Position numbers and translations under genes: made by a program
Assembly (NCBI RefSeq): GCF_001194135.2
Contig: NC_068985.1
Coordinates: 70,894,269-70,945,819, forward strand
Origin: Octopus bimaculoides
Taxonomy: Eukaryota
Length of the DNA stretch: 51,551 nucleotides
Reading direction: 5' to 3'
The notes under the pieces: generated by a model
The model's input: only the letters and a program-made list of their open reading frames with translations
What the model was told of the DNA's origin: nothing
Database searches by the model: none
Shown: in pieces, positions 11,070 through 26,765 of the stretch
Layout of the letters: each line of letters begins with the position of its first letter
How positions within the stretch are numbered: position 1 is the first letter of the stretch

Positions 11070-11410
11070 CATCTGTAGAAGTTCTCTCGTTTCGCTTATG
11101 CGGATATCAGTTGTCGATGATCAATTTGATCGTGGCTTCCGAAGGACATTACAGAAATTCGCCAGGGTTTTGGGTAGAGTGGCTGAATGCTGGTTCCGGG
11201 TAACTCTGCAGGTCCGGCAATGCCACCAGCTAAGAGTACTCGAGAAAGCATGTAGAACACCAAAATTGTTCTGCACGCATTTGCCCAGTGTGCAGATAGC
11301 TGATCTGACAAATCAGGTGTATTCGGACAGTTGTTATCATACGTGAAACAGATCCGATTATTAGCCGAGTCCATTGTGTACATGATGCTGTCATCTAGCA
11401 AACAATTATT
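11070..11410 (+). mobile_element. L1/Tx1 LINE C-terminal fragment, frameshifted
   Basis: Across frames it reads IVLHAFAQC..IADL..QLLSYVKQIRLLAESI, homologous to VLHAFVQCPRIADL..QLLPRVRRIRLSPESI at ~945-1050. Confidence 0.7.
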
Positions 11411-11825
11411 TTCTGTCTTTGATTATGACAATAGGGATAGTTTGGTACACAATATTGAAAGAAAGGAAGACAGCACTTTTCTTCTGTGTTTAAGCCCTCA
11501 TTAACATTTTCAAGCCATCAAGAGTGGAAAAGGAAATTCTGCTTCCTATTTTCTTCTTTTTGGTTCCCTTTATCTTTTTTCCTCTTTACCATCCTTCTCT
11601 TCCCCCTCCGCTTTCTACTACTATTTCTAATTCTCCTTCATTTTTTTCCTTCTCCTCCTACTTGTTCTCTGACTCTTTCTTTGCTTCCCCTTCCTTCACT
11701 TTTCTCTTCCCCACTCCTCTTCCATTTTCCCTTCCTTATCCACCCCCTCCTTGTTGCTGTCCTCCTCCTTCTCCTCTACCTCATCATTTTAATCCTCATC
11801 ATTATTCTCATCATCATCATCATCA

Positions 11826-11883
<58 letters not shown>

Positions 11884-12614
11884 TTCTTTTTCTTCTTCTC
11901 TTCCTTCCGTAATGTCTTTATTCTCCCCGTCTTCTGCCATCCTCCACCATCAACGCCATGAACCTGGCATGCTGAGAAAACATATTCATCATCCATTAAG
12001 GCGCTAATTCCATCCCCATTTTATAAACATTTCAAAACACATTAGTTGATAAGCCAATTAAAAACGTCTAATACGTAACACAAATATTACGAAGAACAAA
12101 AATATATTGTTTCTGTCGTTCTGTACCCCACCTCACCGCTCATAGGCACCCCATAACTGCCCATCATAAGCACGGCACTCCCTACTACCCACCACAATAC
12201 GCTGCCACACATCACTAGTAATTAATTCCATGCTGCTATGGCAAGGCTTCCATGTTTTCTTAATTCTCTATAAGCATGTGTCTGTGTTTATCTCTTTCTC
12301 CTCCTCCCTCTTTCTCGCTTTCGGTCTCTCTCTCCATATATATAGAGAGAGAGCGGGAGGGAGAGAGTGAGCTATGTTTGTATATGTGCGCAACAGTGTG
12401 TGGTTTTAAGTGCGCTATGCAATTATGAGTATGCTTTGAAAGGTTTAGGTTAATGGAGATTGCGCTGCTCTGATGATAATCTTTATTTATTTCATTAAGA
12501 GTCAGGTGATATTTGGATCCATTTTCACCCACCATTATTAAATACCAGTCATATACTAATGAATTTTCTAGTGAAAACAGCTCACTCTACTGATGTAAGA
12601 AACTATTATTATTA

Positions 12615-12908
12615 CTGTTATTTTCATGTACACACAACAGATTAAACAGTTGGAAACGCAAACTTCCTAACATGGGGCTACAACAAGTAATCTTAGATGC
12701 CAAGAGCCCTCCTAAGTATCCTAGCTGTCCCTAATAGCACTGTTTTCTGGAGCTGTATTAAACTGATTTTTATGCCTATTTATTCTATCCATCAGTTCAA
12801 ATATTTAGGGATAGTTCCTAATGTACCAATAACTACTGCGATACATTTTACCCGCACTTTTTATAGTCCCAGTAATTCAATGGCTAGGTCCTCGTACTTT
12901 AATATATG
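12615..12908 (-). mobile_element. R4/Dong 3' fragment
   Basis: Minus strand reads KYEDLAIEL...VVIGTLGTIPKYL...LQKTVLLGTARILRRALGI*, then a short 3' UTR ending in TAA repeats. Confidence 0.85.
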
Positions 12909-12920
12909 TTAATATTGTTC

Positions 12921-13479
12921 TTGAGTGAGCGTACAGTGCATGCCATCAAAGTGATACTGGGGTACAAATATACGAAGCCCAATATACGCATCATGACTAC
13001 TCGTCTGATAAGGGTACACCAGGCACATACTTCAAAACCATGTGTGCGTGACATGGTGATCTCATATCAAGATAAACAGCGCATGACCTTGCAGGTAGGG
13101 GCCAGTCAGAACTTTCTTCTGATCGAGTAGCCCATCCACTCAAAAAGTCCCTGAATAAGTTTTGTTTTAAGAATGATGAACAAAACACCCATGTTTCATG
13201 GGATGAATTATCCAAACCCCGAAGAATTCCTTTCAACACATGGCTATGATGCTCCCCAACTACTTCTGCTCGTAATCAAAGATGCACATATTGTCAGGCA
13301 CTAAGGGACATGCTCAACTGGTTAAGGAAACACAACTGACATGGAAATCTGTAGAGTTGAGCAGAATATTTGCTGTAGCCCATCTTTTACACCAAGACAA
13401 AACAATGTACATGATAACACTTCCATTCAGTTAAAATCAGAAGCCAAGAGGAGTCATTGCCTAGTACTGCATCAGGGCA

Positions 13480-13483
<4 letters not shown>
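12921..13483 (-). mobile_element. ~560-bp non-coding element, copy 2 (full length)
   Basis: Colinear with 1584-2145; followed by (TTA)n at 13482-13540. Confidence 0.85.
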
Positions 13484-13540
<57 letters not shown>

Positions 13541-13559
13541 GCTGTTGTTGTTGTTGTTG

Positions 13560-13992
13560 TTATTCAGTAGTCTTATTTTTATAACGTGCTTTCACCGCAC
13601 TACCGAACGCAGATCTGCGTGCCTTAGATATGAGCTGTGGTATGTTGTGATGCTCTTATTTTTACTATACTGAAAGTGTTTTTCGTAGGATGTGTGCAGT
13701 GCCTAGCAGTGCTATTTTCTGTATGTTATATATACTTATTAGTCCTGATGTTTTTGTTATGTATTTGTCTGAATATTTTTTGTAGCATACTTAATGTGCC
13801 TACTATGATAGGAATTGTTTCTATTTTTAGACTCCACATTCGAGTTACCTCTATTGCCAGGTCTTTGTATTTTGAAAGTTTCTCCGTTTCTTTCAGAGAA
13901 ACATTGTTATCTTTTGGTATTGATATAGCGATTAGAAAGCTTTTTCTTTTCTTAGTGATCTCTGACAACTATATCCTGCCTCTTGGCCTTAA

Positions 13993-13997
<5 letters not shown>
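13560..13997 (-). mobile_element. R4/Dong family A, 5'-truncated 3' piece
   Basis: KKRKSFLIAISIPKDNNVSLKETEKLSKYKDLAIEVTRMWSLKIETIPIIVG. The 3' UTR ..AAGGCACGCAGATCTGCGTTCGGTAGTGCGGTGAAAGCACG..CTACTGAATA matches the one at 20243-20330. Confidence 0.85.
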
Positions 13998-17453
<3,456 letters not shown>

Positions 17454-17850
17454 TTGAGTGAGAAAGCAGCGCATGCCAACAAAGTGTACAAATATACGAA
17501 GCCCAATATACCCATCATGACTTCTCGTCTCATAAGGGGACATTAGGCACATGCATCACAATATGTGCGCAACATGGTGGCATCATATCAAAGTAAACAG
17601 CGCATAAACTTGCAGGCGGAAGCACAGTTAGGTTTTTTTTTCAGGCTTAGTAGCCCATACCGCTCAAAACGTCCCTGAATAAGGTTTGTTCAAGTATGAT
17701 GTACGAAACATCCAGGGGTGAATTATTCAAACCCCGAGGAATTCCTCACAACACATACGCATATCATCAGCCACAAAGAAACATACTCAAGTGGTAAAAA
17801 TCAAGCAACTGACAAGCAAATCTGTGGTATTGAGCAGAATATTTGCTGTA
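17454..17850 (-). mobile_element. ~560-bp element, copy 3 (lacks ~110 bp at the putative 5' end, small internal deletions)
   Basis: Starts TTGAGTGAGAAAGCAGCGCATG and stops after GAATATTTGCTGTA. (TTA)n on both sides. Confidence 0.8.
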
Positions 17851-17865
17851 TTATTATTATTATTA

Positions 17866-18100
17866 TTAATTTGTGTTTGACTTTTGTTTTGCATTTGTAC
17901 AAGTTGGATCCAAGTCTCACCCAGAGACCTCAAGAGACAACAAGTTAGAAGTTCATGTAGGTGTTATGCCTAGGGTACCATATATTTGGTTTTGTACAGT
18001 TTTGTTCAAGTGAATGTTTAAGAAACCATAAGAAAATTATGTGTTTGCTTTAAAATTTGAGATCACATAGACAGTATTTTACGTAGGATATGGGCAGTTC
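17866..18100 (-). mobile_element. R4/Dong 3' end with a distinct 3' UTR, cut by an assembly gap
   Basis: TAHILRKILSM* followed by a ~200-bp UTR ending in TAA repeats. Confidence 0.8.
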
Positions 18101-18884
18101 NNNNNNNNNNNNNNNNNNNNNNNNNNNNNNNNNNNNNNNNNNNNNNNNNNNNNNNNNNNNNNNNNNNNNNNNNNNNNNNNNNNNNNNNNNNNNNNNNNNN
18201 NNNNNNNNNNNNNNNNNNNNNNNNNNNNNNNNNNNNNNNNNNNNNNNNNNNNNNNNNNNNNNNNNNNNNNNNNNNNNNNNNNNNNNNNNNNNNNNNNNNN
18301 NNNNNNNNNNNNNNNNNNNNNNNNNNNNNNNNNNNNNNNNNNNNNNNNNNNNNNNNNNNNNNNNNNNNNNNNNNNNNNNNNNNNNNNNNNNNNNNNNNNN
18401 NNNNNNNNNNNNNNNNNNNNNNNNNNNNNNNNNNNNNNNNNNNNNNNNNNNNNNNNNNNNNNNNNNNNNNNNNNNNNNNNNNNNNNNNNNNNNNNNNNNN
18501 NNNNNNNNNNNNNNNNNNNNNNNNNNNNNNNNNNNNNNNNNNNNNNNNNNNNNNNNNNNNNNNNNNNNNNNNNNNNNNNNNNNNNNNNNNNNNNNNNNNN
18601 NNNNNNNNNNNNNNNNNNNNNNNNNNNNNNNNNNNNNNNNNNNNNNNNNNNNNNNNNNNNNNNNNNNNNNNNNNNNNNNNNNNNNNNNNNNNNNNNNNNN
18701 NNNNNNNNNNNNNNNNNNNNNNNNNNNNNNNNNNNNNNNNNNNNNNNNNNNNNNNNNNNNNNNNNNNNNNNNNNNNNNNNNNNNNNNNNNNNNNNNNNNN
18801 NNNNNNNNNNNNNNNNNNNNNNNNNNNNNNNNNNNNNNNNNNNNNNNNNNNNNNNNNNNNNNNNNNNNNNNNGAATTCACTTAG

Positions 18885-18971
<87 letters not shown>

Positions 18972-20116
18972 TATTGCTTTGCACAACTTCTAAGGCTGGA
19001 GATGTATAACAGTGCCAGCTGTTCATTACCAGTGAACTAAGGTAACACCCCTTATTTTTCGAGCACCATCCGGAGTATTCGAGCGGTTCCAAGCAATGCT
19101 ATTTTCTGCAAGTGTTCCACCCTTATTGCAGCCCCTATTTGTTCCATGTACTTCTCAAGATATTTACTCACTGTTCCCAGGGCTCCGACAATTATTAGTA
19201 ATACTACCACCTTTTTCGGCGACCAAAACTGCTTAACCTTCCACGCTAATCTGTCATATCTATCAACTTTTCTTTCTTCCTTATCGCATACTTTGTTGTC
19301 AGCTGGGCATGCTATATCTATGAACCAGCATTGTTTGCTTTCTTTCTTAATCAACGCTATGTCTGGTTTCCTATTCTCTATCTCATGGTCGCACTGAATC
19401 ATAAAATCTCACAGGATGTTTGCATTATCATTTTCGATGATGCCTTCGGGTTTATGTTTGTACCACGTTTTTGCTCTGTGAAGGCCATACTTGTTGCAAA
19501 GTGTCCAATGGACAATCCTTGCTATATTGTTATGACGTATCTTATATTCTTTCTGGGCTAGTGGCGTACATTGACTAGTAATATGCCATACGGATTTACC
19601 ATTTTGGCCACTAATTCTGCACTTATTACTTTCTGATGTGTTGTCCATTCTGTATTTGATATAATTGGTTCTTATTGCTTCCTCTTGGGTAGCACAGATT
19701 ACAGCCTCCCTTTCCGGTTTTAAATCACTTTTAGTCATCCATAGCCATCTTTTTTCTCTGTCTGTCTTATCTTCAAGATCTCTATGAAATTGTCCATGCA
19801 TTCTTTTCTTTACCCATCCATATTTTCAGTTTCATTCATTCTCAAGTCCTATTACAGTGCTTTATCTATACAAGCTTGACCTTCTTACTTCCGATAACAG
19901 TTGTACTGTAGCATTTTTTACATACCATGCTATGTGGTTTTTTTCTGCTCTAATGCTGTGTTCGCATCCAATCAGTCCTCTTCCCCCTCTTTTTCTTGGT
20001 ACATACAGTCTGTTTGTGTCACTTTTTGGGTGGAGTATCCCATATCTAGTCAGCAACTTCCTTGTCTTTCTGTCTAAGCTGTTTAGTTCGTCTACTGTCC
20101 ATGTGATTACCCCTGC
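18972..20116 (-). mobile_element. R4/Dong 5'-truncated copy, relatively well preserved
   Basis: LHPKSDTNRLYVPRKRGGRGLIG; MHGQFHRDL..WLWMTKSDLKPE; CRISGQ..VWHITSQC..LAQKEYKIRH; RKPDIALI..CWFIDIACP..KVDRYDRL..IIVGALG..LQKIALLGTARILRMVL. TAA arrays on both sides. Confidence 0.92.
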
Positions 20117-20124
20117 AATTATTA

Positions 20125-20197
<73 letters not shown>

Positions 20198-20242
20198 TGT
20201 TGTTGCTGTTGTTGTTCTTGTTGTTGATGTTGTTGTTGTTGT

Positions 20243-20513
20243 TATTCAGTAGTCTTGTTTTCATCAGGTGTTTTCACTGCACCACCGAACACAGCTCTGT
20301 GTGCCTTGGATATATGCTGTGGTTTGTTGTTCTGTTCTTAATTTTACTGTATTGAAAGTGTTTTTTTCGTAGGATGCGTGCGGTGCGTAGTAGTGCTACT
20401 TTCTGTGTGTTATATATACTTGTTGGTCCTGGTGTTTTTTCTGTATTTGTCTGAACATTTTTTATCATATCTAATGCGCCTATTATGATAGGAATTGTTT
20501 CTGTTTTTAGACT
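20243..20513 (-). mobile_element. R4/Dong family A, short 3' piece
   Basis: SLKTETIPIIIGALDMIK..QKVALLRTARILRK, with a 3' UTR matching the one at 13560-13680. Confidence 0.85.
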
Positions 20514-21840
20514 GAGGTTTGCTGATCTTTGTTTTTATTAAATGGCTACTTTCTGAGCAGTTTTAATCAGCATTTCGGCCTCCTGTTTCAGGTTTCTATC
20601 CGTCAGCCATAGCCAGCATTTTTTTACTTTCAACATCCACAGTTTGTTTGCATGAATTAGCCATGTAATTCCATTTGTTTCCATCTGCTCGTTCTCTTGT
20701 TCTTTATTCTGTCCTTGAACTCTCCCACAGTTTCAATAATTTTGGGTATCTCTGGCTACCGATAGTATGCTTTCTTCATTCTGCATAGCATTATTTTCAA
20801 CACCAACATCAACGTATTAACGGTGTTTTCTGCGTTTAATAATCCTGTGCCTCTTTTCTTTCGTAGTAGGTAGAGTCTGTCGGTATTATACTTAAGGTGG
20901 TTTGCGTAACGCATTGTGAGCAGCATCCAGTCCTCCCAGCCAAGTGCTGTACCTCGACTTTTGTCCGTTTTATAAAGAGAGCATAGTATCTTCATACTGT
21001 AATAGCCCATGTATTTATTGCTTTGAGGATATTCCTGTCATTTAATTTTGTTTTGAGCACCTCCTTAATTCTCCTCTTGTAATCTTTAGAGATTTTCTCT
21101 CTCATTTCTACTTCCATTACCCTATCATCTTGCAGTAGTCCTAGGTATTTGTGTACATCATTATTTCACTGCAATATAATGATAGTGGTAATTTTAAGCC
21201 ATCAGGGCTTATCTTCCGGCATCTCTTCCTAATTAGCACATTTCACTTATTTATACTAACTTTATTCTAATATCCTTGCTGAATACTCTTACTGTTTGGA
21301 TTAGGGAACGTTGGCGTTCCAGGTCTTTTTTTAATTTTTGCCTAGAGTCTGAGGTCATCTATGCAAAGCAAATGATTTATTCTCACCTTGGTCCTGGCAA
21401 GCTCATTGGCAAAAGAAACGTAAGGAAACATGAAAATGCGCAGTGAGATTTTCCTACTATATCTGTCTGGGGGTGGGGTTACCGCTATGACGAAGAATAG
21501 CGGAGAGAGCAAGTTCCCGTGGAAAATCCCGCTGCGTAGTTTCATATTTCTTAACGCTTCTTTTGCATATGTCAGTTCTGCTGCCCGGTTCTCATTGCTT
21601 TTCCCAAAAAGCTGTTTGTCTTCACATTGACTTCGAGTATCTACAGGCACTCCATGAGCTTCCAATGTGGAAGATTATCGTAAGCATTCCTGCTTCTATC
21701 CAGCCAACAGGCAATTATTTCTTTCTTACTTCGAGCCTTACATTTGAACAAAATAATAAAACATATTGGATAACGTAAACTTAGGATCAAGGCATCTGAA
21801 ACAGAGGACATGATGATCGCTGCCAGGAAACGACAATTCA
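20514..21840 (-). mobile_element. R4/Dong RT-region fragment (different family), lacking CCHC, RLE and its own 3' end
   Basis: KCKARSKKEIIACWLD..AYDNLPHWKLMECL; IFHGNLLSPLFFVIA; INHLLCIDDLRL; DRLYLLRKKRGTGLL; WLWLTDRNLKQEAE. Confidence 0.8.
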
Positions 21841-23675
21841 TGAAGTTGGTTAAATAGAGAAAAGCAAGGTTTAAAAAACAACTGTATTTAATTTGCTAAT
21901 GCCAGAGGGAAGATTTCCACCTAATAAAATGTGATCTCTGGAGCTGAGATGGATAACACTAAATAATGAAATGCATATTGCACAATTTTTGAATCGTCGG
22001 AAGGTCTACTGACTTAACCATTTAATTATCTTACGCAATAAATATTAAATTTCTGAGAATAAAAGAAAGTGATAGGGAAAAACAATCAAAAACAATTTAT
22101 GACATATTAGAATTTATTGTTTATTTGGCCTTAGTTGTTGATTCTTTTGACTTTTCACATTTCAAAGTTGAAGAAAACGAGAAAAAAAAAAGATAATGAT
22201 TTATTATATAACCAAAGAAAGAAGCTTAAAATGTATTTATTCTATTTATTTATGTATATACGCCAATATAAATATTTCTGTTTGAATAAATTCCTAGAAT
22301 TTTTCTTTTCTTCTCCCTTTTCTATAAATTTCTTTAATTAGTAAAATATAATAAGAGTAAATAAATCTTTGCCTTTTATATGTGTGTGTGTGTATGTGTA
22401 ATGAATGTGTATGTGTAATCTCTGTATGTATTATTCCAACAAATATATAAAGTGAATAACGAAGTCAGAAAAATACTTTTATACGACAATATTTTTGTGC
22501 TTTTCTTTAGAAAATTGCGACCAAGTTAAAATGCGCAAAAGCAAAGTTGGTGAGTTTCATAAATTTTTCATTTAAAAATCTCGTTATTTTCATCTGACGA
22601 CACAAATTAAATAATTCTATTTTCAGAAATGTTGCCATAGAAGGACTTTGTTTATAAAGAGAAACTAAAAGCAAAAATTCCGAAAGTTCATTCGTCTAAA
22701 ATTGTATTTTGCCCCTGGGCACTCTGTATAAGTCTTCTTGCCTCAGTTTATTTGACTCTTAAGACACTCCATTTCTACTTCATGTCTTAATGATTAGCAA
22801 TAAAGAAACCATCTTACTGTAAAAATAAAACTATTTGGTTCGACAAAATCCATCGTAACTTTGCTGCTTGTATGGAAAACATAAAGGTAGAAACAACAAA
22901 AAATATATAAAGAAATTTGGAGAAGTGAATTGTGTTTGCCTCATAAATTTTTAAGAGGGAATTCATTAGATTATGTGTAGCTTTCGCTAAATTCAGACAA
23001 ATGTGAAAACAAAATTCTGTTAAAAAGGTTGTGAAAAATAATGGTAATCATAAAAGATGCATTTTAAATTTCTTGCTGTTATAAAATAAATTTATTCTTT
23101 TTTGTTCTTCGAATAATCTATAAACCACCTTACAATTAGTTAAAGGTGTCCTTCAAATAAGATATGCACTTAATACATTGTTCATTTAATAGCTGAAGTA
23201 TATGCAAGAAGTGTGATGCTGAATGTTAATGATACATGAACATTGAGGGCAGAAGATTTGTGGTAGCTGGAGCGAAATGAGTTGAATATGACCTGTTGGG
23301 TGTGTAACATTAATTTACATGTGAATAGAGACCAAATGAGCTGAGAAAGCGACTAAACATTAAAGTTGTTTTTGAGGTGTTTGTTTAATCCCAGGTTAGT
23401 CTTGATCAATCAAATCCGTGATAAATGTATTCCACCCTTGCCCGTCACGTCTTTATTTTTCAGTAATAGTGTTCTTTTAATATGGCGTAATGTGATACGA
23501 GGGTGATTTAGCTACTGCCTCTAGGTGGTTGAATGACCTCGTTGACGCTATCCTGGTTAGCATAATCTATTTTTATTGTAAACATTTCTCGCGAAATGCA
23601 GCGTTTACTAAAGTAATGATTTCGTATTATGTTTACACTGGCTTTTCAAACTTCGTGCATTGTGAAGGAATTTTC

Positions 23676-24081
23676 AGCGGAGGGGCTGTGTGGTAAGTAG
23701 CTTGCTTACGGACCACATGGTTCCGGGTTCAGTCCCACTGCGTGGCACCTTGGGCAAGTGTCTCCTACTATAGCCTCGGGCCGACCAAAGCTTTGTGAGT
23801 GGATTTGATAGACGGAAACTGAAAGAAACCCGCCGTATATATGTGTATATGCATGTGTGCGTGTGTATATGTTTGTGTGTCTGTGTTTGTCCCCCCAACA
23901 TCGCTTGACAACTGATGGTGGTGTATTTACGTCCCCGTAACTTAGCTGTTCGGCAAAAGAGACCGATAGAATAAGTACTAGGCGTACAAAGAATAAGTCC
24001 TGGGGTCGATTTGCTCGAATAAAGGCGGTGCTCCAGCATGGCCACAGTCAAATGACTCAAACAAGTAAAAGAGTAAAAGAG
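23676..24081 (+). mobile_element. tRNA-derived SINE, family 2
   Basis: GGCTGTGTGGTAAG (A-box like), GGTTCAGTCCC (B-box like), CCTTGGGCAAG motif, internal (TG/TA)n, tail GGCGGTGCTCCAGCATGGCCACAGTC ending in repeated GTAAAAGA. Confidence 0.85.
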
Positions 24082-24355
24082 ATTTTGATTTTTTTTCCCA
24101 CCCATTTATGCATTTTTACCAGAAATTTCTTCAGTTTAGAAATTCTCCCACATTTATGATGTTTTATCATGTTTCCTTATTCGCTTTGTGGAGTGTCACC
24201 ATCAACATTCCATAATGATTCACACTGCATTTCGGCTCATTTCAAAGTACGTAGGAAATGCTTGCTGCTATAAGTACAGGCAAGACCTTGATTTTAACCT
24301 ATTATCAACAAGATTGCCTGAACAGCTGATGTCAAAACGTTTCTAGAAATTGATA

Positions 24356-24385
24356 TTGATCTTGGCCAAAAGGCCGAGGAGCAAT
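24356..24385 (-). pseudogene. U2 snRNA 5' fragment (nt 1-30)
   Basis: Reverse complement ATTGCTCCTCGGCCTTTTGGCCAAGATCAA versus metazoan U2 ATCGCTTCTCGGCCTTTTGGCTAAGATCAA gives 27/30 identity, starting at U2 nt 1. Confidence 0.75.
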
Positions 24386-26737
24386 GTTTGAAACCTCTGC
24401 AACAAATCAACAGTGACTAACTTTCATAAAAGAAGTGCCAAAGAAAACTAATATGAAATTTGCTACTGTCAGGAGAAATTCGATACTTGTCAGGCTTTCA
24501 TTCATATAAATGTTCCGGGCGTAACAAGAAGGTTGTTTGTGTGTTCCAGAAACATAGTCTTGGTGCATCATGAACTCTGTTCACCACATTGCCTGGAGAC
24601 TGCACCAAAGAAACGTAGAATCACAGAAGATTGCGTTTGCGTTTTGTTACGTCATTTAATTTGGATGATGTAAAATCCAGTAATGGTTTTGTGAGTATTA
24701 AGGCGTCAGTCTATACCTATGTTTTGATATAATTCTTTCAGATTATAAATGCAGACGTCAAAGTTGCAATCTTTAAGACAGAATTCCTGTGAGAATTGCA
24801 GGTCATCGGAATTCATGCTGACTGAAATATTTGAGGCCAACGAAATTGTAAAAAGGCAAAATTATGTAAAAAAAAAAAAATTTTTTTAAATATATATAAA
24901 CATTTTTATAATAATATGACTTCCAGGTATATACTTACGCAAGAAAAGAAGGCCACCCTCGAATACAATACTGAAATAGTAAACACATTAAGCAATAAAT
25001 TGTGTTATGGTGTTATAGGAATGGACGTATAAATGCTAAATGTTATCATGGGTGCTCTCACAAAAGTATCTCCAAGAATTTCTTCCTTTTGCCACATCTT
25101 TTATTGAATCCTGGCTCTCCTAACAGCCTTCTGCCTTAGATTGTGCATGATCCAGTACTGTAAATCCCTTTAAGAGTCAAGCTGTAAGAAAATATACCTG
25201 GCAAAAAGTGTCCACAACATTTTACGCTCCAATAAAATTTGCAGATATTGCAGCCTCAGCACATGTCTTCATATCATCAGTCACAGCACATAGAATCATT
25301 TGGCAGATGTTATCGCACCAGAAGGATTGCCTGATCAGCGGAATGTGTTTCTAGCACTAGAAACGAAAGAGCAGATGCGAAAGTCAAAGAGATATAAAAC
25401 ATTCGTGAAATAAATATAAATCCCGAGCATTGCGGCAAATGCGTTTTGAAGAAGATGCTTCGAAATATTCAAGTACAAACAAAAATATAGCATAACACTC
25501 CACAGATATGGACGAAGGAAATCAACATGACAATGCATAATGAATCGGAACGGATGAGGGAGAGCAGCAGAATACATCAGCAAGAGATACATTGGCAAGA
25601 ATCAATGCCAAATTCGCTCAATGTTTGGAAAAATTCACCCGGGAAAAATAGTATGTATGTTAACACCATACATACTTGGTTGGTTTCTCATGTCAGAAAA
25701 ATGGAGAAGATGCCAGAAAAAAATGTTTCTTTAGAGTAACCACTAGTAATGCAAGTGATTATTAGATTATTAAAGTTAGGAAATGAAACTTAGTACGGAT
25801 TATATTTGACAGCATTTCGCATTAGAGACACTCTATATAAATCAAACATTCCAATACTAACAAATTATATAAATATATACATTGCAAAGTAGCTAGAAGT
25901 TTCTGTGCAGATATGCAGGTTATAGTGTATAAACGAAAAAATGGGTGAGATGCAGAGTAATATTAAGAGAATGCTTGTATTTTTTTAAGACAACTTAAAA
26001 GAAAAACAAAAGAACAACCTATGCAATATTTCATTTAGATACATTAAATCTTCAAGTTGCATATTCCTGCTTTCATCCATTCTGGTGTGATATATAAGTA
26101 TGTACGCATGTATGTTTGTATGTATGTATATGATAATATATGTATATCTATACATATAAATTTGACATGGGCGATTCTTTCTTGTTTTGGGATTCACGGT
26201 CAAACGGCTGGATGGAATTGCGCGAAAAATTACAGAGATGTGTAGAATGATCCGGTGGTAATGCTGGGCTTTGTATTTTTCATAGCTCCCATGGTTACCG
26301 AGATAATCTACTATAATAATACTCTTGCGTTTATGAATGAGAAAGGAAGGGGTGATAGATGTATAAGGAAGGAAGGGGTGATGTCATACTTGGTAGTGGG
26401 ATGATGAAAATTGTACGCTGAAAAAATAAATCAACCAGCGTTTCAACTCTATGTGAATATATATGTGTATGTGAAGGGGGGTATGTGAATGTATGTGTGT
26501 TTGTGTGTGCGTGTGCGCGCGCAATGGAAGTGGGATGGTTCATCTTTGTTCGTTTAGTATTTGGATTTATTTTTTGATTTGGTTGAATCTTGGTTGTTTT
26601 TTGTTTTTGTTGGTCAGTTATTTTTAGCGTTTTGAGAGAAAAAAAAGTCATTCTAAAATTGTTTTTTAACGTAAGCGTGTCCAAACAAGTCGAATGCTTA
26701 CACAGAGCAGGTTTTACAGCCACATCATCCAAACCGA

Positions 26738-26765
26738 CCGGGAGAAACCGGGCTTAGCTGCTAGT
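26738..26765 (+). mobile_element. Probable Helitron 3' terminus
   Basis: CCGG-GAGAAA-CCGG hairpin about 9 nt upstream of CTAG followed by T. The 5' TC end was not located. Confidence 0.4.

Noticed and set aside
11035-11401. Overlapping ~100-aa ORFs on both strands that look like a real exon
   Set aside because: A third frame gives LHAFAQC..IADL..IRLLAESI, homologous to the Tx1 C-terminus at ~945-1050. It is a frameshifted LINE fragment.
23676-23760. tRNA-like A/B boxes as a true tRNA gene
   Set aside because: No complete cloverleaf; the sequence continues into a SINE body and tail. The same applies to the family-1 heads.
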